Assembly (NCBI GenBank): GCA_947372495.1
Contig: CANBTZ010000001.1
Span: 1 to 51,987, forward strand
DNA from: Comamonadaceae bacterium
GTDB lineage: Bacteria; Pseudomonadota; Gammaproteobacteria; Burkholderiales; Burkholderiaceae_C
Direction of reading: 5' to 3'
Length of the DNA: 51,987 bases
Made by a program: the position numbers and the translations under genes. This document shows, in pieces, positions 9,771-19,338 of the stretch (its first letter is position 1; every line of letters begins with the position of its first letter). The notes beneath the pieces are model-generated. The model saw nothing but the letters and a program-made list of their open reading frames with translations. It made no database searches and had not been told where the DNA came from.

Positions 9771-10976
9771 TCAAGCGGCCAAGAAGCGATCCACCAAGAG
9801 CGACCAAAAGGCCGAACCCACGGCCACGTTGTCGTCGTTGAAGTCGTAGCCGGGGGTGTGCACCATGCAAGCGCCGTGGCCGTCTCCTGTGCCGTCGCCG
9901 TTGCCGATCAACAGGTAGCAGCCGGGCACTTCTTCGAGCATGAAGGCAAAGTCTTCGCTGCCTGTCAGGGCACGCGGGTTGCGCAGCACGCGGTCTTTGC
10001 CCACCAGCTCTTCGGCCACTTGCTGCACGAAGTCGGTCTCGGCCATGTGGTTGACCAGCACGGGATAGCCGCGCTTGTAGTCGATGCTGGCCTTGACGCC
10101 GTAGCTCTCAGCTTGAGCGTGGGTCAATTCGGTGATGCGTTTTTCGAGCAGCTCTCGCACTTCGCGGTTGAGGGCGCGCACGCTCAGGCGCAAGGTGGCC
10201 AGCTGCGGGATCACGTTGTTGGCTATGCCAGCGTTGAACGCCCCCACGGTGATGACCGCCATTTCCTGTGGGTCCACATTGCGGGCCACGATGCTTTGCA
10301 GGCCCATCACGATGGACGAAGCCGCCACCACCGGGTCGGCCGCGCGGTGCGGCATGGCGCCGTGCCCGCCCGTGCCTTCGATGGTGATGGTCACGTTGTC
10401 AGAAGACGCCATGGCCGCGCCGTCGCGCATGACCAAGTGGCCCTGCGGGTGACCGGGCATGTTGTGCATGCCAAAAATCGCGTCGCAAGGGAACTGCTTG
10501 AACAGGCCGTCTTCCATCATCTTCTTGGCGCCGCCCAAGCCTTCTTCGGCGGGTTGGAAGATCAGGTTCACGGTGCCCGAGAACGTGGCCTTTTGTGCGA
10601 TGTGCTTGGCCGCAGCCAGCAGCATGGCGGTGTGCCCGTCGTGGCCGCAGGCGTGCATGATGCCGGTGTTGCAGCTGGCATATGGCAGGCCTGTGCCTTC
10701 GTCGATCGGCAGCGCGTCCATGTCGGCACGCAGACCAATCGACTTGCTGCCCGTACCGCGCTTGAGTTGGCCCACGACGCCTGTGCCACCCAAGCCGCGT
10801 GTGACTTGGTAGCCCCACGCAGTCAGCTGCTCGGCCACCAAATCGCTGGTGCGGTATTCCTTGTAGCCCATTTCGGGGTGCTTGTGGATGTCGCGGCGCA
10901 CCGCGATGAACTCAGCAGCCTGCGCTTGCAGGGCCTGCAGTTTGTCGTGCAAAAAAGCTTCACTGGGTGCGTTCAT
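9771..10976 (-). CDS. M20 aminoacylase/amidohydrolase (hippurate hydrolase-like)
   Basis: RRDIHKHPE, LRADMDALP, MHACGHDGH, FQPAEE, GSEDF motifs. Confidence 0.93.
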   Translation of the reverse strand: MNAPSEAFLHDKLQALQAQAAEFIAVRRDIHKHPEMGYKEYRTSDLVAEQLTAWGYQVTRGLGGTGVVGQLKRGTGSKSIGLRADMDALPIDEGTGLPYASCNTGIMHACGHDGHTAMLLAAAKHIAQKATFSGTVNLIFQPAEEGLGGAKKMMEDGLFKQFPCDAIFGMHNMPGHPQGHLVMRDGAAMASSDNVTITIEGTGGHGAMPHRAADPVVAASSIVMGLQSIVARNVDPQEMAVITVGAFNAGIANNVIPQLATLRLSVRALNREVRELLEKRITELTHAQAESYGVKASIDYKRGYPVLVNHMAETDFVQQVAEELVGKDRVLRNPRALTGSEDFAFMLEEVPGCYLLIGNGDGTGDGHGACMVHTPGYDFNDDNVAVGSAFWSLLVDRFLAA

Positions 10977-10998
10977 GGGGGTTCTCCGTGGGTCAGGA

Positions 10999-11994
10999 TT
11001 ACTGGGGTTGCAGGTTCATGCCTTTGGCGATGGCACGGTACTTGGCCGTATTGTCACTGTAAAGCTTGCCCAATGCATTCAGTGCCTGTGGGCGTGGCAC
11101 CACCATGGCCTGGGCTTCGAGCGAGGCGCGGATGGCCGGGTCGTTGGCGACTTCGCCCAAGGCCTTGTTCAGGGCTTGCACCACCGCTTCAGGGGTGTCC
11201 TTGTGCACGAAATAGCCTGACCAGGTGTCGAAGACGAAGCCTTTGAGGGCTTTGCTGTCGTTGAGTGGTGGCGCTTTCTTGAACAGTTCTTGGTGATCGG
11301 CGGACAGCACGGCCACCGCCTTGAGTTTGCCGTCATCCACCAGCGCTACTTGGCCCTTGCCATAGGGGGTCATGAACACATCGACCAGTCCGGCCATCAT
11401 GTCTTGAAATGCCGGTGCGCCCCCTTTGTAAGGCACATGCGTCATGGGGATGCCCGTGATCTTGGACATGTGCTCACCGAGCAGGTGGTACATGGAGCCG
11501 GGGCCCACGCTGGCAAACGTCAGGGGCTTGCCTTCGGCAGCGGATTTTTTGGCATAGGCGATCAGCTCGTCGCCATTGTTGGCGGGCAGGTCCTTGCGGG
11601 CGAGCATGACCATCGGGTTGATGGTGATCATTTGCACCAGACGGAAGTCTTCACTTTTGTACTTGATGGCGGCATTGGCCAGCGGTGCCAGCACCAGCTC
11701 GTTGGGTGAGCCCTGAAAGATGTAATGGCCGTCAGCCGGGCTGTTCAAGATTTTTTGGGCCGCAATGCCGCCGCTGGCACCGCCCAGGTTTTCCACCAGC
11801 ACTGGCTGGCCCAGGTGCTTGGCCAATGTGGTGTTCACGGTGCGGGCGATCACGTCGGACAGGCCACCAGCGGGGTAGGGCACCATCAGGGTGACGGGCT
11901 TGCTGGGAAAGCTCTGGGCCAAGGCCCCCTGCGACAGCACCAGCCCAGTCAGGCTGGCAGCAATCAGGCGTTTCAAAAGACGTGAAGTGTTCAT
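10999..11994 (-). CDS. Bug/TctC tripartite tricarboxylate transporter substrate-binding protein
   Basis: FPSKPVTLMVPYPAGGLSD, ENLGGASG, HVPYKGG; signal peptide after ATG 11994. Confidence 0.92.
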   Translation of the reverse strand: MNTSRLLKRLIAASLTGLVLSQGALAQSFPSKPVTLMVPYPAGGLSDVIARTVNTTLAKHLGQPVLVENLGGASGGIAAQKILNSPADGHYIFQGSPNELVLAPLANAAIKYKSEDFRLVQMITINPMVMLARKDLPANNGDELIAYAKKSAAEGKPLTFASVGPGSMYHLLGEHMSKITGIPMTHVPYKGGAPAFQDMMAGLVDVFMTPYGKGQVALVDDGKLKAVAVLSADHQELFKKAPPLNDSKALKGFVFDTWSGYFVHKDTPEAVVQALNKALGEVANDPAIRASLEAQAMVVPRPQALNALGKLYSDNTAKYRAIAKGMNLQPQ

Positions 11995-12091
11995 CTCGGA
12001 CTCTCGGAAAAGGGTTGTTGAATGGCGAAATGCAGCGTGCCAAGCCATGTTAAAAACCTGTTTATGATGTGTCCAATGAATTAAATTTCTA

Positions 12092-12112
12092 ATTCTGATT
12101 CACTTTTAGAAT
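12092..12112. promoter_or_regulatory. LysR-type T-N11-A operator
   Basis: ATTCT-GATTCACTTTT-AGAAT dyad between the divergent bug and lysR genes. Confidence 0.55.
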
Positions 12113-12114
12113 AG

Positions 12115-13041
12115 ATGAACCTGAAGCACCTGACCCATTGGCTGGCGCTGGCCGAGACCGGATCGTTCAGCCGTGCCGCAGAAAAACTGCACATCACCCA
12201 ATCGGCGCTCAGCCGCAGCATCCAGGTGCTCGAAGAAGAGTTGGGTGGCTCTTTGGTGGACCGCATCGGCAAGAAAAACGAACTCACGCCCCTGGGTCAT
12301 TCTGTGTTGGAGCGGGCCAAGCGCATCGTGCACGAGGCCAGTGAGCTCAAGCTCGGTGCGGCCGTGCTGCAACAAGGCGGCATGGGCAGCCTGCGGGTCG
12401 GGCTGGGGTCGGGGCCGGGGGCGATGCTCATGACCCCATGGCTGGTGCACATGGCCCGGCACTTCCCGTCGGTCAAGGTGGCGGTGACACGCGGGGCCAC
12501 CGAGTTGCAGCTGGTGCAACTGCGCGAGCGGCAGTTGGACGCGCTCGTGGTCGATGTGCGCCGTGTCGTGCCAGCGGCAGACATCCAGATTGAATCGCTG
12601 GTGGACATGCGTGCGGGCTTTGTGTGCCACCCCCAGCATCCGCTGCTCAAGCAGGGCACGCCCGTGAGTTTAAATAGCCTGCTGGCGTACCCGATCGCCT
12701 CCACGCCACTGTCGGACGAGGTGGCGCGCATCATGGTGGCCCATTACGGCCCCAAGGCCGATCCGGCGCAGATGGCCACCTTGGTGTGCGAAGAAATCTC
12801 CAGCTTGATCGATACCGTGCGTCAGACCGATGCGGTGTACCTGGGCATTCTGGGCGCAGCCAGGCAAGCGCTGGCCGATGGCAGTTTGGTCGAGCTGGAG
12901 ATGACCCCGCCGTTTCGCTCTGGCGCGCGCCTGGCCTTGGTCAGCATGGCAGGGCGCACCGAATTGCCTGTGATGGACGAATTCAGACGCTTTGTGAAGT
13001 TGCATCTGAGCGATGCCGACGAACCAGGAGTGCCCACATGA
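12115..13041 (+). CDS. LysR-family transcriptional regulator
   Basis: GSFSRAAEKLHITQSALSRSIQVLEEELG HTH. Confidence 0.95.
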   Translation: MNLKHLTHWLALAETGSFSRAAEKLHITQSALSRSIQVLEEELGGSLVDRIGKKNELTPLGHSVLERAKRIVHEASELKLGAAVLQQGGMGSLRVGLGSGPGAMLMTPWLVHMARHFPSVKVAVTRGATELQLVQLRERQLDALVVDVRRVVPAADIQIESLVDMRAGFVCHPQHPLLKQGTPVSLNSLLAYPIASTPLSDEVARIMVAHYGPKADPAQMATLVCEEISSLIDTVRQTDAVYLGILGAARQALADGSLVELEMTPPFRSGARLALVSMAGRTELPVMDEFRRFVKLHLSDADEPGVPT

Positions 13042-13772
13042 TGCTTGATGCGTGGTACCCCGCTGGGGCGGTGTTGCTGGGCTACACCGTGCTGGGCTTG
13101 ACCGGTTTTGGCTCGGCCTTGGTGATCGTGCCGCTGCTGGCTTGGCAGTGGCCGCTGCCCGAAGTGGTGGCCTTGACGCTGCTCATGGACGTACCGGCCT
13201 CGGCCTTTCACAGTGGGCTCAATTGGCGTCAAGTCCAGTGGCGTGAATTGCGCCGCCTCTTGCCCGGACTGGTGCTGGGCACGTTGGCTGGGCTGTGGCT
13301 CATGCAGCACTTGCAGTCGCGCTGGCCCTTGCTGGTGTTGGGCTTGTATGTGGCCGCGGTGGGCCTGAACGCCTTGCGGCCGCGCTTGGCGGCGGTGCGC
13401 CAGCCTGCCGCTGTGTGGGCCTGGCCGGTGGGCACGGCGATTGGGTTGGTGGAAATGCTGTTTGGCACCGCAGGCCCGCTGGTTGTGGCTTGGCTGAGTC
13501 GCCGCGTGGCCGATGCCCAGCAGATGCGGGCCAGCACCCCCATGATCATCACTGTGGCAGCCAGCACCGTGCTGGCGGGCATGGCTTGGGACGGGCGACT
13601 GGCCAGCGGCCTGCTCTGGCAGCGCTGGACCCACCTCATTGGCGTGGCCTTGGTGGGCGTGTGGCTGGGGCACCGCCTGGCTTACCGGGTGCCGGTGGCA
13701 AGGCTGCGCCAGATCATTTGCGGTTTGTTGGTGGTCAGTGGCTTGATGCTGGCGCTGGGTGCCCTGCGCTGA
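13038..13772 (+). CDS. Sulfite exporter TauE/SafE family membrane protein
   Basis: GLTGFGSALVIVPLL and LFGTAGP repeats; ATGA overlap with the lysR stop. Confidence 0.85.
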   Translation: MMLDAWYPAGAVLLGYTVLGLTGFGSALVIVPLLAWQWPLPEVVALTLLMDVPASAFHSGLNWRQVQWRELRRLLPGLVLGTLAGLWLMQHLQSRWPLLVLGLYVAAVGLNALRPRLAAVRQPAAVWAWPVGTAIGLVEMLFGTAGPLVVAWLSRRVADAQQMRASTPMIITVAASTVLAGMAWDGRLASGLLWQRWTHLIGVALVGVWLGHRLAYRVPVARLRQIICGLLVVSGLMLALGALR

Positions 13773-13776
13773 GCAC

Positions 13777-13801
13777 AAAAAAAGGGAGCCTCAGCTCCCT
13801 T
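13777..13801 (-). terminator. Intrinsic terminator downstream of guaC
   Basis: AAGGGAGC-CTCA-GCTCCCTT hairpin with an A7 run on + (U-tract on -). Confidence 0.75.
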
Positions 13802-13823
13802 GGGGTGTGACGCAGCCAAAGGC

Positions 13824-14801
13824 TCACATCAGCAGGTGTTCGCCCGCGTTGTCGCCACCGAGGGTGACGTAGTTCACCTTGCGGATGTCCATGAGCTTGG
13901 TGCCACCTGCGTAGCTGATCGAGCTTTGCACGTCCTGCTCCATCTCGATCAGCGTGTTGGCCAGCTTGCCTTTGATGGGCTCCAGAATGCGCTTGCCTTC
14001 GACGTGCTTGTACTCGCCCTTGTTGAAGTCAGACGCGGAGCCGTAGTACTCCTTGAACAGCTCGCCATCGACTTCGACCGTCTTGCCGGGCGACTCTTCG
14101 TGGCCTGCAAACAGCGAACCGATCATGACCATGCTCGCGCCAAAGCGGATGCTCTTGGCGATGTCGCCGTGGCTGCGGATGCCGCCGTCGGCAATGATGG
14201 GTTTGGTCGCCACGCGGGCACACCACTTGAGGGCCGACAACTGCCAGCCGCCCGTGCCAAAACCGGTCTTGAGCTTGGTGATGCACACCTTGCCGGGGCC
14301 CACGCCCACTTTGGTGGCGTCAGCACCCCAGTTTTCCAGGTCGATCACGGCTTCGGGTGTGGCCACGTTGCCCGCGATGATGAAGCTCGTGGGCAGTTTG
14401 GCCTTGATGTAGCCGATCATGTCGCGCACGCTGTCGGCGTGGCCGTGGGCGATGTCGATGGTGATGTACTCAGGCACCAAATTCTCGGCAGCCAGTTGGT
14501 CCACCGTGGCGCGGTCAGGGGCTTTGACGCCCAGCGAGATGGAGGCATAGACGCCTTGCGCATGCATGTCGCGCACAAACTTCACGTTGTCCAGGTCAAA
14601 CCGGTGCATGACGTAGAAGTAGTTGTTTTTCGCCATCCACAGGCAGATGGACTCGTCCACCACCGTTTTCATGTTGGCAGGCACCACCGGCAGGCGGAAC
14701 TTGCGGCCACCCAGTTCGACGCCAGCGTCGCACTCGGAACGGCTTTCCACGCGGCACTTGCGTGGCAGCAACAGGATGTTGTCGTAGTCAAAAATTTCCA
14801 T
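13824..14801 (-). CDS. guaC: GMP reductase (type 2)
   Basis: [51 protein letters not shown]. Confidence 0.95.
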   Translation of the reverse strand: MEIFDYDNILLLPRKCRVESRSECDAGVELGGRKFRLPVVPANMKTVVDESICLWMAKNNYFYVMHRFDLDNVKFVRDMHAQGVYASISLGVKAPDRATVDQLAAENLVPEYITIDIAHGHADSVRDMIGYIKAKLPTSFIIAGNVATPEAVIDLENWGADATKVGVGPGKVCITKLKTGFGTGGWQLSALKWCARVATKPIIADGGIRSHGDIAKSIRFGASMVMIGSLFAGHEESPGKTVEVDGELFKEYYGSASDFNKGEYKHVEGKRILEPIKGKLANTLIEMEQDVQSSISYAGGTKLMDIRKVNYVTLGGDNAGEHLLM

Positions 14802-14858
14802 GAAAAAACCAAGCTCCAAAAGGAATCGTTAAAAGGAACGAATGAGCGCTTGGCTTGG

Positions 14859-14947
14859 CCGGTTTCTTTTGCCTTGTAAGAAGTCCGTTGCAGACTTGGG
14901 CAAAAAAAAACCGGGCGCAAGAATCTTGGGCCCGGTGTCTGATTCTA
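14859..14947 (-). promoter_or_regulatory. Structured guaC leader: TAGAAT -10 element immediately followed by a terminator hairpin + U9, with an alternative downstream hairpin
   Basis: Minus-strand RNA ACCGGGC-C-CAAG-AUU-CUUG-C-GCCCGG-U9 (14936-14902). CCGG-U9-GCC can alternatively pair with GGC-AAAAGAAA-CCGG (14873-14859). May also terminate the upstream RND operon. Confidence 0.6.
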
Positions 14948-14962
14948 CCCGCATTCTCTGAC

Positions 14963-16231
14963 TTACTCGTCAAAGTCCCAGATTTGGTGCAAATCCAGCG
15001 TCAGCAAGGCCTGGCGCTCGACCACGTCCCACTGCATCTGTTCACTCTCGCGGCGCTGCTCGTTGGCCAGGCGCTGGTTTTGCAACAGCTCGGTCATGGT
15101 GTGTTCGCCCACCGCATAGGCCTTGAGCGACTTGTCGACAGCTTGCCCCTGGATGCGCGCCGCCGTTTGCAGGTGCTGCGCGGCCAGCTTGTGGTGTTGG
15201 ATTTGGGTCCAGCGGGCTTCAAAGTCTGCGCCCCATTGCGCTTGGAGGTGCCGCACTTTGTCTTGCGCGTTTTGCGACTCGGCTTGCGCAGCCAGCGCAT
15301 GGCTTTGGCGGGCTTGGCCAGCGAGCGGCATGCTCAAAGACACCCCTACGATTTGTTCCGCGCCTTGGCGCTCGCGCATCGTGTACATGCCCACGGTGGG
15401 GTCGGGCCATTTGTCTTTGTCGATGCGTTCGGCCAGCACCCGCATGCGGGCAGCTTCGGCGCGCCACAGGTTGAGCTCGTGGTGGTTTTCAAGGAAGGTC
15501 TGCTGCAAACCGGCCATCGGCGGCAAGTCAGGCAGATGGCCAAAGCCCGGCGTGTGCAGCTCCAGCGGCAGACCAGGGTATTGGCGCGACAGGGTGATCT
15601 GCAAGGCCGCGTGCTGCGCCTGCGCCGCTTGCAGCGCCGCCTGGCAGCGCTGCAGCTCGGCTTGGGCCAGATCGGCATCCAACTGCGAAATGTCGCCTTG
15701 CTTGAGTCGGGCCTGGGCTTGGCGCACCAGCGCCTGGGCCAGGCCCAGGCTGGCGGTGGCACTGCTGACGTCCACTTGGGCCTTGCGCAGGCCAAACCAC
15801 TGCTGCATCAGGCTGCGGCTGGCTTCATGCAGAGCGTCGGCATAGGCAATGCGCGCCACCTCGCGGCTTTTGTCGGCCAGGTCGGCATCGAGCTGGCCCT
15901 TGCCCCACCAGCGCAGCGGTCGCTCCAGGCTGATGCTGGTCTCGGCAAAGCGCTCTTGCGGCTGCTGCACGCGGCGGCTTTGCTGGTTCATGCGCACCGT
16001 GAATTCGGCGGTGCCCGAGGCCGTCATTTGCGCCCGGTGCATCTGCGCTGACTTTTGGGCCAAAGCGCCCTGCAGTGCGGGGCTGGCCAGCAGCACCTGC
16101 TGCACGACGGCTGCAGGGGGCAAGAAGGCTTGTATCGGGTCTGACGCGTCGGTTGGTGTTTGGCCATGCGCCAGGCTCACGGCGCAGCACAAGCCCAGCA
16201 AGCTCAGGAGCTGCATGTGCAAACGTTTCAT
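14963..16231 (-). CDS. TolC/CzcC-family outer-membrane efflux protein
   Basis: Signal peptide, coiled-coil repeats, GDISQLD and GVSLSMPL motifs; ATGA-coupled to the RND gene. Confidence 0.85.
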   Translation of the reverse strand: MKRLHMQLLSLLGLCCAVSLAHGQTPTDASDPIQAFLPPAAVVQQVLLASPALQGALAQKSAQMHRAQMTASGTAEFTVRMNQQSRRVQQPQERFAETSISLERPLRWWGKGQLDADLADKSREVARIAYADALHEASRSLMQQWFGLRKAQVDVSSATASLGLAQALVRQAQARLKQGDISQLDADLAQAELQRCQAALQAAQAQHAALQITLSRQYPGLPLELHTPGFGHLPDLPPMAGLQQTFLENHHELNLWRAEAARMRVLAERIDKDKWPDPTVGMYTMRERQGAEQIVGVSLSMPLAGQARQSHALAAQAESQNAQDKVRHLQAQWGADFEARWTQIQHHKLAAQHLQTAARIQGQAVDKSLKAYAVGEHTMTELLQNQRLANEQRRESEQMQWDVVERQALLTLDLHQIWDFDE

Positions 16232-19200
16232 GATGACCTCCGTGTTCTGTAGTTGGCCCACAGCTCGCCAAAGCCTGCAGCGGCCCCCGCATGCTCAAAG
16301 AATTTGGGCAGCAGCAGCAAGGTCAGCAAGGTGGCGCTGATGAGCCCGCCTGTCACCACGATGGCCAAGGGCTTTTGAATCTCCGAGCCAGGCCCGGTGG
16401 CAAACAGCAGCGGGATCATGCCCAGCGCCGTGATGATGGCGGTCATCAGCACCGGACGCAGGCGGCGCTCTGCGCCCAGGCGCACCACATCGTGCATGGC
16501 CTCGCCGTTTTGCAGGCGTTCGTTGAAGTGCGTGACCATCACCACCCCATTGAGCACCGCGATGCCCAGCAGCGCGATGAAGCCTACCGACGCAGGCACC
16601 GACAGGTATTGCCCCGAGATGGCCAGCGCCACGACTCCGCCGACCAGCGCGAAGGGGATGTTCAGGAAGATGATCGCGGCCTGCACGGCCGAGCCGAAGG
16701 TCAGCGTCAAGATCAAAAAGATCAAGGCCATCGCCGCCGGGATCACCACCCCCAGCCGCGCTGCCGCGCGTTGTTGGTTCTCAAACTGGCCGCCCCAGAC
16801 GACCTGGATGTCCTTGGGCAGGTTCAAGGCCGTCACGGCGCGCTGTGCATCGGCCACAAAGCCCGTGAGGTCGCGGTCCTGCACCGACACCTGGATGGTG
16901 GTCAGGCGGCGGCTTTGTTCGTGGTCGATGCGGATCGGCCCCACCACCTGCTGGATGTCGGCCAGCGCTGACGCGCTCCAGACGCGGCCGTCCGGGCCGC
17001 TGAGCTGCAGGTTCTTGAAGGCCTCGGGGCTGTTGCGAACGGCATCGTTGCCGCGCAAGGTCACGGGCGTGCGGATGCCGCCTTCGAGCACTTGCCCCAC
17101 GGTCTCGCCTTCGAGCTGGTGCTTCAAGGCCTGCTGCACGCTGTCCACGCTCATGCCTGCTTCGCCTACGGTGTGGCGGTGGATGCTGACGGTGAGGTAC
17201 GGCATGCCTTCGGCCTTGGGAGCGATCACTTCGGCCGCGCCGTCGATGTGCCTGACCGTTTCGGCCACCTTTTGTGCCGCCGCAGCCAGCGCGTTCAGGT
17301 CCGTGCCAAACAGTTTGATGGCCACGTCACCGCGCGTGCCGGTGAGCATTTCCGAAATGCGCATCTCGATGGGCTGCGTGAAGCCATAAACCAGGCCCGG
17401 AAAGCCGTCGAGCACCTGGCGCAACGCGTCGATGATGTCGTCTTTGCTGCCGCGCCACTCGCTTTTGGGCTTGAGCACCAGGAACGTGTCGGTCTCGTTC
17501 AAACCCATCGGGTCCAGGCCCAGCTCGTCTGAGCCCACGCGGGCCACGATCGACTTGACCTCCGGCACTTTGGCCAAAATGGCTTGCTGTACCCGCGTGT
17601 CGATGGCCATGGAGGCTTCGAGCGAGATGGACGGCACCTTTTGAAGTTGCACCAGGATGTCGCCCTCGTCCAGTGTGGGCATGAAGGTCTTGCCAATCTG
17701 GGTGTACAGGCCTGCGGCCAAGACCAGCGAGGCGAATGCGCCCAGCATCAGCCAGCGGGTGTGCCGCCAGGTGGTGTCGCGCAGCCAGACATAGCCCTGG
17801 TGGATTTTTTGCACCACCACCGGCTCGTGCGCCCCTTCGCTGCGCAAGGCCATCGAGGCCAGCGCGGGCGTCACTGTGAGGGCCAGCACCAGCGACGCGC
17901 CCAAAGCCATGACGATGGTCAGCGCCACGGGTGCGAACAATTTGCCTTCGAGGTCTTGCAGCGTCAAGAGCGGCAAAAACACCACGCAGATGATCAGCAC
18001 CCCCGCGACCACGGGCTTGACCACTTGCTGCACCGCGTGCAGCACGCGCTCGGTCATGGTGATGCCCGGCGTCTGTTGACCGCTGGCCAGCGACGCTTCG
18101 ATGTTCTCGACCACCACCACCGAGGCGTCCACCAGCATGCCCAGCGCAATGGCCAGACCGCCCAGGCTCATCAGGTTGGCCGTGAGGCCGGCCCAGCGCA
18201 TCAGCAAGAAGGTGGTGAGCAGCGACAAGGGCAGCGAGACCGCCACCACCAGCGCCGCGCGCAGGCCACCCAAAAAGACGTACAGCACCACGCACACCAG
18301 CACGCTGGCTTCGGCCAGGGCCTTGATCACGGTGTTGACCGCACGCGAAACCAGCTCGCCCCGGTTGTAGAAAGTCTTGATCGTCATGCCCGCTGGCAGG
18401 CGTTTTTGCAGGTCTTTGAGTTCAAGGTCCAGCGCATCGACCAGCTCACGGGCGTTGGCCCCACGCAAGCCCAGCACCAGGCCTTCGACCGCTTCGCCTC
18501 GGCCGTCTTGGGTGACGCCGCCATAGCGTGTCAGTGCGCCTGTGCGCACCGTGGCCACATCGCCCAACAGCACCTGGGCGCTGCCCCGCGTGGGGCTCAG
18601 GCGGATGGCACGCAGGTCGTCCAGCGTTTTGACAGCGCCTTCGACCCGCACCACCAGCGATTCTTCGCCCGCCGTGATGCGGCCCGCGCCGTCGTTGCTG
18701 TTGTTGTTGGCCAGCGCTTGCCGCAGTTCGGCCATGGGGATGCCCAGTGCCGCCAGCCGCGCCGTGTTGGGCACCACCTCGAAAGTCTGGACTTCGCCGC
18801 CCAGCGAGTTGACGTCGGCCACACCAGGCACGTTGCGCAGCGCGGGGCGGACGGTCCAGTCCAGCACGCGGCGCTTGTCGGCGAGGCTGAAGCCTTCGCC
18901 TTCGAGCGTGAACATGTACATCTCGCTCAAAGGCGTGGTGATGGGGGCCAGGCCGCCGCTCACGCCACCGGGCAATTCGCCCATCACGCTGCCCAGTCGC
19001 TCGGAGACTTGTTGGCGCGCCCAATACAGGTCCACGCCTTCTTCAAAATCGAGCGTGATGTCGGCGATGCCGTACTTCGACACCGAACGCACCATGCGTT
19101 TGCGCGGGATGCTCAGCAGTTCTTGCTCGATGGGTTTGACCACCCGCAACTCGACCTCTTCGGGCGTCATGCCCGGGATTTTCAGGATGATCTTCGCCTG

Positions 19201-19338
19201 CGTGGGCGAGATGTCCGGGAAGGCGTCGATCGGCAGCTGCTGCCAGGCCTGCAGGCCCGCCACCATCAGGACCGCCGCCAACAACAAGGTGAGCTGCTTG
19301 AAGCGCAGCGCCAGGCGAATCAGGGCTTGCATGGTCAT
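16228..19338 (-). CDS. CusA/CzcA-family heavy-metal RND permease
   Basis: LPIDAFPDI, NLMSLGGLAIALGMLVDASVVVVENI, FMPTLDEG, RLRPVLMTA; 1036 aa. Confidence 0.95.
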   Translation of the reverse strand: MTMQALIRLALRFKQLTLLLAAVLMVAGLQAWQQLPIDAFPDISPTQAKIILKIPGMTPEEVELRVVKPIEQELLSIPRKRMVRSVSKYGIADITLDFEEGVDLYWARQQVSERLGSVMGELPGGVSGGLAPITTPLSEMYMFTLEGEGFSLADKRRVLDWTVRPALRNVPGVADVNSLGGEVQTFEVVPNTARLAALGIPMAELRQALANNNSNDGAGRITAGEESLVVRVEGAVKTLDDLRAIRLSPTRGSAQVLLGDVATVRTGALTRYGGVTQDGRGEAVEGLVLGLRGANARELVDALDLELKDLQKRLPAGMTIKTFYNRGELVSRAVNTVIKALAEASVLVCVVLYVFLGGLRAALVVAVSLPLSLLTTFLLMRWAGLTANLMSLGGLAIALGMLVDASVVVVENIEASLASGQQTPGITMTERVLHAVQQVVKPVVAGVLIICVVFLPLLTLQDLEGKLFAPVALTIVMALGASLVLALTVTPALASMALRSEGAHEPVVVQKIHQGYVWLRDTTWRHTRWLMLGAFASLVLAAGLYTQIGKTFMPTLDEGDILVQLQKVPSISLEASMAIDTRVQQAILAKVPEVKSIVARVGSDELGLDPMGLNETDTFLVLKPKSEWRGSKDDIIDALRQVLDGFPGLVYGFTQPIEMRISEMLTGTRGDVAIKLFGTDLNALAAAAQKVAETVRHIDGAAEVIAPKAEGMPYLTVSIHRHTVGEAGMSVDSVQQALKHQLEGETVGQVLEGGIRTPVTLRGNDAVRNSPEAFKNLQLSGPDGRVWSASALADIQQVVGPIRIDHEQSRRLTTIQVSVQDRDLTGFVADAQRAVTALNLPKDIQVVWGGQFENQQRAAARLGVVIPAAMALIFLILTLTFGSAVQAAIIFLNIPFALVGGVVALAISGQYLSVPASVGFIALLGIAVLNGVVMVTHFNERLQNGEAMHDVVRLGAERRLRPVLMTAIITALGMIPLLFATGPGSEIQKPLAIVVTGGLISATLLTLLLLPKFFEHAGAAAGFGELWANYRTRRSS

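Noticed and set aside
12026-12044. Sigma54 promoter (TTGGCACG) upstream of the bug gene on the minus strand
   Set aside because: No GC at the -12 position at the required spacing.
14802-14962. Classical purine riboswitch before guaC
   Set aside because: No three-way junction with the conserved purine-aptamer loops. Reported instead as a candidate attenuator.
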